Source: Puccinia triticina (Eukaryota). From it: a stretch of 64,000 bases of DNA. A model generated the notes under the pieces. The model was not told the DNA's origin and did not search any database. It saw only the letters and a program-made list of their open reading frames with translations. Shown here one piece after another: positions 24,078-37,637 of the stretch. Numbering within the stretch: position 1 is the first letter of the stretch; each line of letters starts with the position of its first letter. The stretch is from the NCBI GenBank assembly GCA_026914245.1, contig CP110439.1, forward strand, positions 806,001-870,000, written 5' to 3'. Position numbers and translations under genes: made by a program.

Positions 24078-25560
24078 TTAATCCATGCCCGCCTTGAATA
24101 GTTTTGGAGATCTTGAGTTCTGTGCCCTTAAATTGAATGTAACCCGAATTGTTAGTAGTTTCACAATACCTATGGTATCGGTATGAATGGTTCTGATGTT
24201 GCGGAATGGCATTCTTACAGCGTTCGACACTGGTGAGATAAACCACAACGGATGTAACATAGGACCAACCCTACCCGCACACAATGACAGAGGAGTCAAG
24301 GAGAAGAAATATATAAACCTGACGATGCCGGATGAAGCAGCAGTTCCAATAAAGAATCTCAGTGGGTTCTTCTTTGACAAAGTTTCTGCACCATCTTGAC
24401 AATGTTCCAAGAGAAATGAAATGATGTAGACCCCTGCCGTAACAAGGATAAGCTTGTTAATCAACTTGTGATCAATTGCACCTAAAAATGTTGTCAATAT
24501 ACGACATAGCCAATGCTCTCTTGGGGTAGGCAGGCTTATGCGAGTGGACGCTTCAAGCTCAATTGATATTTTCATCAGAATGGATGGATTATGTATGTTT
24601 ACTATCAGTCACCAGCAGCATATCAAAAATGGTAAAACACCTTTCAAAAGGATTAGCTTCTGTTAAAAAGGGTTCTGTATGTCCATTCCATGCCAATGCT
24701 GATTGCAAGTAGTCAGCAAGCTTTTTTTTATGATCATTCCCAACTGGGTAATATGCTTGGGACAGCTCCATTTATTAATTAAAATGAAGAGCATGAAAAC
24801 ATTGCAGGGGCTTATCCAGTCAAGCTTGATGAATATCATTTGTGTAAAGATGATGTTGATTAAAAGGCCTTGTTTCAGCTCCCGGAGTCCCAGGTACAGG
24901 TAGTTAAACTGCTTGGAAGTCCCTTCAAATTCCCCGCATGCTGGGATAGAATTTGTGGAGCATATTTGGGTCATAAAAGATGCACATCAGCCATACACAG
25001 AATCAGTTGTTTTTATAGCTCAACCCAAAAATGAAATACAGGAGCTTACATAGATGGAACATCAGGGCAGCTCAGATTGAAATATATAACAGCAGCTTAT
25101 TGATGCGGATGGCATACACATCAAGATTCAGTTGTTTTGGACACTGATAAATATAACTGTGCATAGTTTTTATCATCAGCACCAGTAAATGAATGTTAAA
25201 TTTCCAGGTCCAATGTGAGCAACACTATCAAGGAAATGGGAGATTGTTTTGAGCCTATGGAGAGTGCTTGGAGGGTGTGACTTAGCTTGAAGATTGATTG
25301 ATGATTAGGATATGTTGCTTCCTTTAGGAGACTTCAACTGGGGAGCTTACTAAATTGGATGCCAGCCCCGTTTTTCTGAGATCAGGAAAACTTAAAATGA
25401 CTGGTTGAAAGCGAGGAGATAGGACAGCTATTTATTTAACTTGATAAAAGCCAATTATAAAAGCCAGCTGGAAATATCTCTGGGCATGAAAGAATGTTGT
25501 CTTCATCCTCGCAGCCGTCTGGAATTGCGTCTTCGACGCAGGGCTGGTGCAGCGATCCAT
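24078..25560 (-). CDS. Hypothetical multi-exon gene or pseudogene
   Basis: Successive minus-strand ORFs (25432.., 24589..24771, 24078..24575) with plausible splice sites; no family recognised. Confidence 0.3.
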
Positions 25561-26859
25561 CTCTAGGCTCTGTTCGATGATACTTGATGCTGATTGTGAC
25601 TTTAGGTAGCAGCTTTTTGTTATCATGTAGGGGGTCAGGCAAGGTCTGGCTGGCAGTCCGGTTGAAGCAAGCTTATGTGTTTTTTTTTTCTCCTCTTCCT
25701 GTTCTTCCCGTTTGAGATTGGTGAGGGGTTGCCATAGACAACCAAACAAGCTGGATCCGAGGGATAGAAATTTGTTGTCAGTTAAGAGTGTATGTGTCGG
25801 CCATGCGAGCATGGGGGATGGTGATAAGAAGTTTTCTGCCAGCTGGCCATGCGGATAAAGAATGAGGGTGATCACATCGACTGGTGGTTGATTTGATAGG
25901 GTGCGGTGGCCAGGTGCTGTGCAAGTTGTGTCTATGTTACGATTTGAAATTTGAGTTAAAAATACTTGGCGACGGTGACTCGGAAAGTTGATTGAGGATC
26001 GATTTTATAACCGGCAGGATGTTGTCTGGATGGCAACAACCCATCCGTGCTCGTCATTTTCCTGCTCGCTGTCTCTCGCCTCGCTTCTAGTCCGCCCCGC
26101 CTGATCTTCGCTTCCCCCTTCGCCTTGCAAGAGCCAACGACACTTCGCGATGGTCTAGATTGACCAACAAGCAACAGCTGACCAGCAAGGATTACCTCTT
26201 GACCATCAAACAGCATACATCCAGCTGCTGCACTCGAGACAAAGCAACCTCTTCTCGCCTCTTGCCTCTTCCATCCATCATTTCATCATCGTCGTTCACA
26301 TACAAACCAGTTCAACCGGTCAGTGTTCTTCTTCCCTCGTCTTCTTTCTCCCCCTTCCCGCCCCTGCTGCAGCATCCTAGCCTAGCGCATATCCCGAACC
26401 GACTCCCAAGACTATCATCCAACCTGAACCCACTGCTGCTTCACTCTCTTCACTCCATCACCATCCAACCCTCGCTGGTGCCCACCCATCTAACACCCAC
26501 ACCGACACACTGTAGATACTCAGATCGTGTGTCCCACTGTTTCCAGTCACCCACCTCTGTTCAAGCTTCGGTACATGCTGGTGTACTGTAGAACAGCCGA
26601 AAGATAAATGTATTTACATACAGAAGAAGCTTTTCCTAAACCTGCAATCAGAGTCCCGGGTGACCATCCCACATACAGATCGCTACGCTCTCAGCTCGGA
26701 CCCTCTCGCCAGCTCTGCCTTCTCGACAGCCCTCTCCAACCTAAATAGTCGCCTATCACTAATTCTGCTCTCCCTCCCTTCTTCTCGCATCTCAGCTGGC
26801 TAGAGACCACACCCACCAAACCATACACCCTCCCGCCTCCTCTTCAAGTGCAACCAACC

Positions 26860-29800
26860 ATGGACTCCAATCAGGCTCGTTCCTATGACAATCGAACCAA
26901 TCAGACTCCTTCCAACGAAAGCTTGATGGGTCCCAATCCGAGCTCGTTCAGGAATCAAGAACCGATTAGTGGATCATCAAGTCAGTCTCCAATCTTCCCT
27001 TTTCATTCCCTCTGCTTATTTCTCCCCCTTTTTTTTCTTCTTTTCTTCTCAACCTTTAAGCTTGATTATCCCGTCATCCGCCCTATCTCCCCCTACTCCC
27101 CCCCACCCCAGTCCTACCACCACCACTACCACCTCTTTTCCCTTCGTTCAACTGATCACACCCTTCGATTACGATTACATATACAATACACTACCCATCA
27201 TCCATAACATACGCATATATATTTCTCTTTGTAGAATACAGTCTTTCTCCACACATAGTCTCATTTTTCTTCTTTTTCTCTCTTGCGGTTTATTTTCCCC
27301 TCTTTTCTGACCCTAATCGCTAACTCACATCCTGAATGTCCACTTCACATTCAGCTCCGACAGCTTATGACTCGTATGGCTACCCCTCAAGCGGCACAAC
27401 CGGACCCGATCCTTACTCTCGACTTCGCGAAGCCTACCCGGCGTGGAGCTCGGACTCTCAGATTCCCTTGAGCAAGGAGGAGATCGAAGATGTCTTTATC
27501 GACCTCGCCAACAAGTTCGGCTTTCAACGGGACTCGATGAGGAACGTCTACGATCATCTCATGATTCAACTTGATGTTCGTCAAATCGCTTTCGTCCACT
27601 ACCTCAAAAGGCCCGTTCACGTCGTACTGACCTGGCTTTCATTTGCTTTTCGTTGATATCGATCTAGTCGAGGGCTTCTCGAATGTCACCCTCTCAAGCT
27701 TTGTTGACCCTACATGCAGATTACATCGGTGGAGAACATGCCAACTATCGTAAATGGTACTTTGCGGCTCAACTCGATCTTGACGATGCTATCGGCCAAA
27801 CATCCAACACTATCCTCGGGACCACTGCGGCCTCCAAACTCAAATCGGCATCAGCCAAATCTCTAGAATCTGCTCGTAATCGATGGCGTCAGGCAATGTC
27901 AAACATGTCCTCCTACGACCGCATGCGCCAGCTGGCCCTCTATCTCTTATGCTGGGGCGAAGCAGCTCAAGTCCGATTCATGCCAGAGTGTCTGTGCTTT
28001 ATCTTCAAATGTGCCGACGACTATTATCGCTCGAGTGAATGTCAAAACCGAATCGAACCCGTCCCCGAAGGACTCTATCTCCGTGCCGTCATTCGTCCGC
28101 TCTACAGGTTTTTCAGGGATCAAGGTTACGAACTCATTGACGGTGTCTATCTGCGTCGTGAGAGGGATCACCACGAAATCATCGGTTATGACGACATCAA
28201 CTCACTCTTTTGGTACCCTGAAGGCATCGCTAAAATCACTCTGAATGACCGAGTAAGTTATCTCAACTTACACGCCCCTGGTTTTGACACTTAACCTGGC
28301 CTCATTGTCTTTTTATCATTTTGCGTTCACCACCCTGCTAGACTCGATTGATAGATATTCCTCTTGCTCAGAGATACATGAAATTTGATAAGATCGAGTG
28401 GCGCCAAGCATTCTTCAAAACCTATCTCGAAAAACGATCTTTTGGTCACATGATCGTCAATTTCAACCGAATTTGGGTCTTGCACATCAGTGTCTATTGG
28501 TATTTTACCGCTTACAAGTAAGCAAACTGATTTATGACTCTTGAAGTCGGAAAGCTATCGAGTTGATTAAAGCTGACTTCTTTCTATCTTCGGCTTACTT
28601 AGCGCACCTGCCATCTACACCTTACCTAACCAACGAGCACCTGCCAAAGCTATGCAATGGTCCGCCGTAGCACTCGGGGGAGCCGTATCAACTTTGATCA
28701 TGATTATTGCAACTATCATCGAATTTTCATACGTCCCTACCACGTGGAACAATACATCTCATCTCGCCCGAAGAGGGACGTTCCTCCTCCTCACTCTTGC
28801 TCTCACAGCTGGCCCCACAGTATACATTGCTGGCTTCGATCGTGATTCTTCTACTGCCTACATCATCGCCATGGTTCAGTTTGGTATATCTGTGGTGGCC
28901 ACTGTCTTGTTCTCTATCGTCCCTTCAGGCAGGATGTTTGGTGACAAGGTTTCTGGCCAGGCGCGCAAGTATCTAGCCAATCAAACATTCACTGCATCCT
29001 ATCCCAAGCTGGAAAGGGCCTCACGAGCTGCCTCGATCGCACTATGGTCCCTTGTGTTTTCCTGCAAGTTTGTCGAATCCTATTTCTTCTTAACTCTCAG
29101 TTTCGAGAATCCCATTCAGGTTATGGTCGGCATGAAAGTTCAGGGATGCAGCGACAAAATTTTTGGTTCTGTTCTCTGCCGCAATCAACCCGCGTTCGCT
29201 TTGACTGTGATGTTTGTCATGGACCTCACCCTGTTCTTCTTGGATACATTCTTATGGGTTAGTCAATCATTCACACCGTCCTCTACTTCTTCTCAGGCCG
29301 TGAAATCCATTTTTGATGCCTTTCATTTTTGTTCGGCTAGTATGTCATCTGGAATACGGTTTTCTCGATTGCCAGGTCTTTTTCCTTGGGACTGTCGATT
29401 TGGACCCCTTGGTCAGATATCTTTACAAGATTACCCAAACGAATCTATGCCAAGGTCTTAGCCACGTCCGAGATGCAAGCCCGATACAAGCCGAAGGTTT
29501 TGGTTTCTCAAATTTGGAATGCCATCATTATTTCGATGTACCGTGAACATCTACTTAGTATAGATCATGTCCAAAGACTGCTGTATCATCAAGTTCCCAG
29601 CGAAAACGAAGGCAAGCGAACCTTGCGAGCTCCGATGTTCTTTATCTCTCAGGAGGATAAAGGTCTCAAGTCCGAATTCTTCCCTCCTGGCAGTGAAGCT
29701 GAAAGAAGAATTTCATTCTTTGCGCAATCACTGTCAGTCTCATCATCAATCTTAACATTGGACTCTTGATGTGCTAATTTTTTTTTTTTTTCTTTCAAAT

Positions 29801-32800
29801 AGGACTACATCTATCCCTGAACCGCTGCCCGTTGATGCCATGCCCACCTTCACCGTTTTGACACCACATTATTCTGAGAAGATCTTACTGTCTTTGAGAG
29901 AGATCATCCGAGAAGAAGATCAAAATGCGCGTGTCACTTTGCTAGAGTACTTGAAGCAACTTCATCCAGTCGAATGGGACAACTTCGTTCGAGACACAAA
30001 GATTCTTGCTGAAGAAGCCAACGTCTTCCCTTCCTATGCGTTTGCCAACGGTCAAGGCAACACTAATTCCAGCGATGAGAAGGTCGAAAAGAAAAAGAAA
30101 ACCGATGACATTCCATTTTACACCATCGGGTTCAAGTCTGCCGCCCCTGAATACACCCTCAGAACACGAATCTGGGCCTCTTTGAGAGCGCAGACTCTGT
30201 ATCGAACCGTCTCCGGCTTCATGAATTACTCGAAAGCCATCAAGCTACTCTATCGTGTCGAAAATCCAGAGGTTGTTCAGTTGTATGGCGGAAATACTGA
30301 AAAACTTGAGCGCGAATTGGAACGCATGTCACGGCGTAAATTTCGCTTTGTCGTTTCGATGCAGCGATACTCAAAATTCAGCAAGGAAGAAGTCGAAAAC
30401 ACTGAATTCTTGTTGAGGGCTTACCCCGATCTTCAGATTGCATATTTGGAAGAAGATCGTGAAAGGAAGGAAGGCGGCGAAACACGAATCTACTCTGCAC
30501 TGATTGATGGTCATTCTGAGATCCTACCCGACGGCCGACGACGACCCAAGTTCCGAGTTGAATTACCCGGTAATCCGATTTTGGGTGACGGAAAGTCAGA
30601 CAATCAAAATCATTCAATCATCTTTCATCGAGGTGAATATGTCCAACTGATTGATGCCAATCAGGACAACTATCTGGAAGAATGTCTCAAGATCCGTAAC
30701 ATGCTTGGAGAATTTGAAGATTTCCATGTTTCTAATCAGTCTCCGTACTCGGCCGCCGGTGCCAAGGAGTTCTGTAAATTTCCTGTCGCTATCGTCGGCG
30801 CTCGTGAATATATCTTTTCGGAAAACATCGGAGTTCTGGGTGATGTCGCAGCTGGAAAAGAACAAACCTTCGGTACCCTGGCTGCTCGGTCGCTTTCCTT
30901 TATTGGTGGCAAACTACACTATGGGCATCCAGATTTTTTGAATGCCATCTTCATGACCACACGTGGAGGGGTTTCAAAAGCCCAAAAAGGTCTCCATCTA
31001 TCCGAAGATATCTACGCTGGTATGAACGCTTTCGGACGAGGTGGCAGGATTAAGCATACGGAGTACTATCAATGTGGGAAAGGTCGAGATCTCGGTTTTG
31101 GGACGATTCTCAACTTCCAAACAAAGGTCGGCACTGGTATGGGTGAACAAATGTTGTCCAGGGAGTACTATTACTTGGGAACTCAACTCCCCCTAGATCG
31201 TTTCCTCACATTTTACTACGCTCATCCTGGATTCTTCATCAACAACATGCTTGTGAGTTTTTTTTTCTCGAATCCAAAGCGCCTTCAGAGAATAATTTTG
31301 TATTGACTACGGTGGTATTTTATATCTGCAGGTCATCTTCGCTGTTCAATGCTTCATGTTTACCATGGTGTTCCTAGGAACGCTGAACAGCTCACTCACT
31401 ATTTGTAAATATAATTCGGAGGGGCAGTTCATTGGGTCGCCAGGCTGTTACAATCTTGTCCCTACTTATGACTGGATCAAGAGATGTATCGTGTCGATAT
31501 TCATCGTGTTTTTCATCGGTGGGTTATTTCACCCCATGTCCATGGTCCACAGTGTTTGCTGATTGCATTTCCGTGTAGCATTTTTACCGCTCTTCTTGCA
31601 AGAATTAACGGAAAGAGGCGTTATTTCGGCAATCATTCGACTCGGCAAGCAGCTGGGCTCTTGTTCACCTGTCTTCGAGGTCTTCAGCACTCAAATTCAG
31701 TCACATGCCTTGTTGACTGATATGACCTTTGGAGGCGCGCGTTACATTGCAACCGGTCGAGGGTTTGCCACCACCCGAATTTCGTTCGCAATCCTGTACT
31801 CTCGTTTTGCTGGGCCTAGTATCTACCTCGGGATGCGGACATTGTGCCTACTGTTGTATGTGACGATGAGTTTATGGATGCCTGCGATCATCTACTTTTG
31901 GGTATCCGTACTGGCTCTCTGTCTAGCCCCGTTCATCTTCAATCCCCATCAGTTCAGCTTTACGGACTTTATTATCGACTATCGAGAGTTCCTCCGATGG
32001 ATGTGTCGAGGTAATAGCAGGTCTCATGCTAACTCTTGGATTGGATATTGTCGGCTCTCTCGAACACAAATCACCGGATTCAAGAAAAAAAGGCTCGGAT
32101 TGCCCTCTGAAAAACTTTCAGCTGATGTCCCCAGAGCCGGGTGGAAAGTTATCCTGCTCTCGCAGATCCTGGCCCCCACCTTTCTGGCTATCATTTTATC
32201 GGTTGCTTACATGTTGAGTTGATTCAAGTTTTCGTTGCCCCCACTATTGCATTAACTGACGCTTGTATTCAATTTTTTTACCCCAGGTTTGTCAAGTCGT
32301 TTAGCGACCCGCCGGTTAATGCGTTGCTGCGTTTAGCAATTGTTTCCCTCGGCCCGGTCGCATTCAACGCAATTACGCTGCTTACATTATTCATGATCTC
32401 ACTCTTCTTTGGCCCGGCGTTATCGGCCTGTTGTACAAGATTTGGATCGACGATGGCGGCGATTGCCCACGTGATGGGGGTCGTCGGGCTGGTTGGGTTT
32501 TTCGAGTTTCTGTGGTTTATCGAGTTGTGGAACATCTCCCATGCAGTCTTGGGGATGATCGCCACGATTGCGATCCAGCGAGCCTTGTTCAAGATGCTCA
32601 TAGCCTGCGTCTTGAGTCGCGAGTTCAAACACGACGAGACTAATCGGGCTTGGTGGACCGGGAAGTGGTACGGTCGCGGCCTCGGCACTCATGCTTGGTC
32701 TCAACCTGTCAGAGAATTCTTGGTCAAAATCGTCGAGGTGAGCTTGAAGACATCTTTCCTGGATTTCTCCGGCCATATGACTGAAATGTGTGGTTCTTTT

Positions 32801-33203
32801 TGATATCTGCTTCTAGATGTCACTCTTCAGTGCAGATCTCTTGACTTGCCATTTCATCATGATCCTGCTGTCGCTCCCCTTACTCATCCCCTTCTCCAAT
32901 CGAGTACACTCGACCATGTTATGTAAGTGCCCGAATAGAATTTCATTTTTCTGATTGTTGGAAATTTCTGTATCTAACTGTTCTGGGATGGGTTGTAATA
33001 TTTTAGTATGGTTGAGGCCCAGCAAGCAAATCCGACCGCCTATCTTCTCATTCAAACAGCGCGCCCAACGTCGGAAGATCGTGGCTAGTTACGGCTTACT
33101 CTATGCGCTCTCGATTGGATCTCTGATCGCCTTGATCGTCCTGCCTATTGCCTTCAGGGGATCGCTAGATGAAGCTAGCTGCTCGATTTGTCGCAGCATT
33201 TGA
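26860..33203 (+). CDS. FKS1: 1,3-beta-glucan synthase catalytic subunit (GT48), ~12 exons
   Basis: Motifs [86 protein letters not shown]. Eleven GT..AG introns, first 26981-27354, last ~32923-33007. Confidence 0.97.
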
Positions 33204-33934
33204 GGGAGCCCATTGATCAGCAGCCTCTCCTTTTTGACTCTCCTCCGACCCATGTTTCCCTTTTCAATCTCCCTCTCTTTACAGTCCTCTTTGGTCTTTC
33301 GTTTGTACGTTCGAGGCCCAGTAGGTATCCAATATTCGTAGACAACCTTAGTATCATTCGTTCAACCAATCAGTTTGCTTACTCTTCATCGTCATCCTCA
33401 TTAACATCATCCGCTTGTTTCTCCACTCATTCCTTATCAATCAACAGCATCTTATCTCTTTCTCTCTTTCTCTCTCTCTCTCTCTCTACTCTTCCAATTC
33501 ATTGTATTTTTTATCCCTTACTTGTCTTTCATTTTGCTCTTTATTCATAATTTTCAACTTCTTCTAAATCAATGTATGTGTCTACCCTGTGTCCATTTTA
33601 CTTTGTTTCCTCTTTGCCTTCAAAACAACACTCTTTTCTTCTTTTTCTGAAAAGTATACTGTTCCATATTATTTTTTTTCCCTTTTCTCTTATTCACATT
33701 TTCTTTCTTTTGTTAGGTTGGTTGGTTGGGGAAGAATGTGTGATTATATACAGATGATCTTTACAGTTAAATACTTAAATAGATAAGTAATATTTAATTC
33801 CATACATTCATCATTCATGGTAATTTTGAAAGATTGGCTGTTTGAGTTCCCCAACAGATCCATCATTTGTTTGGATGGTGGTATTCCAAGAGGTTCCTGT
33901 TGCCTAAATGTCATGCTTTAGAGGGATCTGCTAA

Positions 33935-34155
33935 GGCCCTGTTTGGCAGCATCATATTACACAGTGTAATAATAGGAAACATGCTCATTACATATGGTAA
34001 AACATGTCTTTTTAGGATAATCTTTTGAAAGTAAACCCTCATAAGGCTTGACAGTTTACTTCCAAAAGATCAGGCGGAAAAGTAGTGTCTTACAGAATGT
34101 AGGAGGACATGGCAAGATTATTTATTGTGTAATAATCACACTGCCAAACAGGGCC
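33935..34155. mobile_element. Tourist-like (PIF/Harbinger) MITE
   Basis: TIR GGCCCTGTTTGGCAG; TAA TSD on both sides. Confidence 0.9.
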
Positions 34156-34638
34156 TAAACCTTATTTGCTAGTGAAACCTGGATATCAATCAATTTTCAC
34201 CAGCCAGTAAGGTTTAGCCTTTCCCTCCAGATCAAGCATTTTAGCCCATGGGAAGTCCTCCAGTGGACAATTTCCTGTCAATCTGGAAACCTAATCCGGG
34301 CTAACTTAGCACCCAGTGCGGATGGTCTCAGAGTTTGCGGCCAAAGTCGCAAGCTCTTTTGGGCTAGCTGTAGTTCATTCCTCTTCCGTAGTCAAGGCAA
34401 GGAAGGGGACCCCCCTTCTTGACCTCTCCATCCCGCACTTGCCGCGGGGTGCTGCACCACAGTGCTTTGGGACAAGTACTAGGTGAGAGAACGGCAGCCA
34501 AATGGGCTGCGGGGGAGCAAACAGGGCACCGTGGGTTGCCCTCTGTTCATGGAGGTGGCTAAGTGGGAAGCCCTGATGGATCGGAGCTGGGGCCGGACTG
34601 CTTCAGTCATGCAAAGACACACGCACAAATGCACCCGG

Positions 34639-35067
34639 TGTCAGAATCTGAGCTTTTAGTCCGCTCACTTTCTTTGTTCCCAGTTCCAGTTCCTGTTCCT
34701 GTTCCTGTACCTGTTCCTGCTCCCTGTTCCTGTTCCCTGTTCCTGTCCTGTCATCTGTCCCAGTTCCTGTCCCCTATACCAGTTCCTGTCCTGTCCCCAG
34801 TTCCAGTTCCTGTCCCTGTCACTGACTTTTTACAGATGTTAGTTTATTTTGTCTTGTGTGTTACATGCTGTTAGGCCCCCTCTGGCTCTTGTGCAGGGGG
34901 CTCTCTAGTTGTGTATAGTTGTCCGCTCCTCGAGTATGAAATAAAATTATCGAGTCTGAGCCAAAACCACTCTAGCCCCACCTGAGCCATCAACCTTCAG
35001 CAAAGCTCCTCGGTCAACCCCTCCGCCTCGCCTCTCAATCTCTCTGTCCACAAGTGAAACCTCAACA
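34639..35067. mobile_element. Solo LTR
   Basis: TGTCAG...TCAACA; 5-bp TSD CCCGG (34634-34638, 35068-35072). Internal TATA-like and AATAAA signals and a CCTGTT microsatellite. Confidence 0.82.
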
Positions 35068-35431
35068 CCCGGGAGATTCATATATGAATCCCCCATCAAT
35101 AGAAGTTCCCAAGCTCATCACTCCGAACTTCCCCTCTCCGCGCCCATCAGAGACTTGCCCACTTCAGGTCCATTCAGACCCAACTGGCGGACTCCCAAAG
35201 CAAGCTCGGCCGCGCAAAAGCAATGGCTAGGATACAAAAACTAGATGAAATTGCAACTGAATACAATGTCCTAGAGTGCTTCGCACCGATACAAGCGTTC
35301 TAAACCTCAAGCAATTCCGTCAACTACTGAAACACACTGCTTTTTCCGGAAAAAGTGCCATCCTGGCTATGCGGAGAAAACAGAAATCACAAAATTGCAA
35401 TGGGAAACTGAAGAAAAGCAGCTGAGCAACA

Positions 35432-37010
35432 TCACTGGCGGGCCTTGATTTTCTTGGTCGCTGGGACAGTGAATTTGGGCTGTTCGATCTCTTTGCCCGA
35501 GGTGGCGAAGACGTTTGAGAAGAAGACATGTTCCTTGTTGATATGTGGCTAAGGGAGACAGCAGCACATGAAAGTGGTCAGAGCACGCACACTTTTCTCA
35601 GAGTAAAAATAGATCAGACATGGTGGCAGTGGCTTTGCGCTTACTTGGAAGCCGTAGTGGGGGGTATCCCATGTTTTGTCAGCTGGGGTCTTTTTGTCAG
35701 CGAGGGGGCTAGCATTGGCAAAAGTGTTGCAAAAGAGCACAATATTCAGTCAGTTTTTGCCAAATCAAAATGATGCTCTCCTTTGGGATACACAATGAGG
35801 AAGCAGAGCAATGAGAATCAAGCGCACAATTTAATCAATTGAATGTGGTATTCTCCCTTTTGCCTGATGTCTGGAGACATTGCTTTGGGGTCATTGGCCG
35901 TGGGACCTGAAGCCATCTTCAGAGGATCGGTACCGATGGAAGAATAAACTGTAAGGGTGCTGATAGGAGAGAACATGTTGCAGATACGAGCGATTGTCAA
36001 TAATCTTTGCCCCAATAAATAATTGCGCAGCGGATCTTTCAAAACTTACTTCTTATCCCAGTCAACGGTGACGGCAAAGTTGTAGCTTTGGTCATATACC
36101 AGGGGAAGCTCGAGTAGCGTCTTGGTGGTCCAGTCTCGCACTCTGATGGTTTTGCTGTTGCTGCTGGGCTTGTGTTCGTAATTTTTGGCGTCAAAGTCGG
36201 ACCCGCAGAAAATGTCGAAGACATGATCACCTGGTTAGGATAAAGATTAGCGTCATGAAATGTATGACTTGTGGATTGATGAGTAGTCTTACCTGTCTAC
36301 AACGATGAAAGAAAGCAAGGAGACAAGTCAGCACGTTGTTAGGAGTGGGAATCAGGATTGAGAACTTACAGGACCTTCAATGCTAGCCAGAAGGTATCCA
36401 TGCTCAAGTACAAGCGGAGCATCTGAGGCCAATCGGATCGTCTACGGATAAGGATGCTTTGGTTCAGCTGCTGAGTCTACATTGCGAGTAGCGCTCTGGC
36501 GAGAGCCAGCACGCACCTGATACCAGGTTGTGGTCCCAGAGAGAGTGGTGGTTCTGTCAATAACAGGATTGACATCCGTTCGTCTGCCGAGGCAAGGTAG
36601 ATAATATGTATTTAAGTAAATGGCTAAAAACAAGCGGCCGAGTAGAGGCATCATTACCTGAAACCGAATTGTGGAGGGCCGCTGCCTGGGACGAAGATTG
36701 AGTTGTCGAGAATCCTCAACTTTATTTCAGGCGCCGAGTTTTCTGGTTGCAGGATTTTAACATATCTAGAAGCCTTTGAGGCACCTTTGACAATGTATGC
36801 AATGAGTTTCCTCAGAGCCGAGTTGGTGTTATCCAAGTCTTCAGTTTTCATGTCGGGAGTGATCTTGAAATCGAAGACCCGTTGGGGAGCACCAGAGCCG
36901 GACTCTGCGTCGAGGCCAATACGTGTCCCCTCGGCTCTTGCCTCATCAGCTGGAGCAGCAAGCGAAAGACTCGCGAAGAGGAAAATAGCCATGAGGATGG
37001 CCCGTTGCAT
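35432..37010 (-). CDS. Secreted glycoside hydrolase family 131-like protein, multi-exon
   Basis: Signal peptide MQRAILMAIFLFASLSLA. The spliced product has SIFVP..QFGFRRTD, PLVLEHGY, NFAVTVDW, TLTVYSS, GEYHIQLIK and FFSNVF, matching GH131 motifs from memory. Confidence 0.75.
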
Positions 37011-37637
37011 ATTTCCGGCTAGCATCGTTGAGAGGGGTTAATCTGATGAGACGAGAGAGATCTTGAATGGAGAACTGGTAAAAGACGACCCGCAACTGAA
37101 AGAAATGTAAAGATTAATGTGATGGAAAAGGCAACGCTGAAGATTAGATGAGGAAGTGGAGCAGGGGCAACAACCCTCTACTTTTTATAGGCCAGTACCT
37201 TGCAAGCTGGTCTGCCAGGGGCCAGGAAGGGTGACTTGATTGCGGAGCCGGTTTCGCGGGGTGCAGATAAACCACATCCTATCCATGGCAACACAAGGCT
37301 TAGGCTTGCATGTAAGGCTTTAATCGTATATTGTACACATTCGGACCCCATACTACGGTAGCCCATCCACTGCTGGGGCTAACCCAAACCAGCCGCGCTG
37401 GATACATACCTTCCTGACAGCCCCATCCATTCGGATCGGAAAGCTTCTGCAACACCTTCCAGGCGCTACAACGGTCGACGCCCGAGTGGCTGGCCGTGTG
37501 TATCGATGAGGCACACCAGCAACACTTCTCCCTGGGTGTAAAGTTTACCTTGTTTCGGAGACGGCCCGGTGGCGGGAGACGCGTGCGGCCCGAACTAACT
37601 TAGGCCCCGTTTAAAAGTTGTCGACCCAGGTCGGCGC

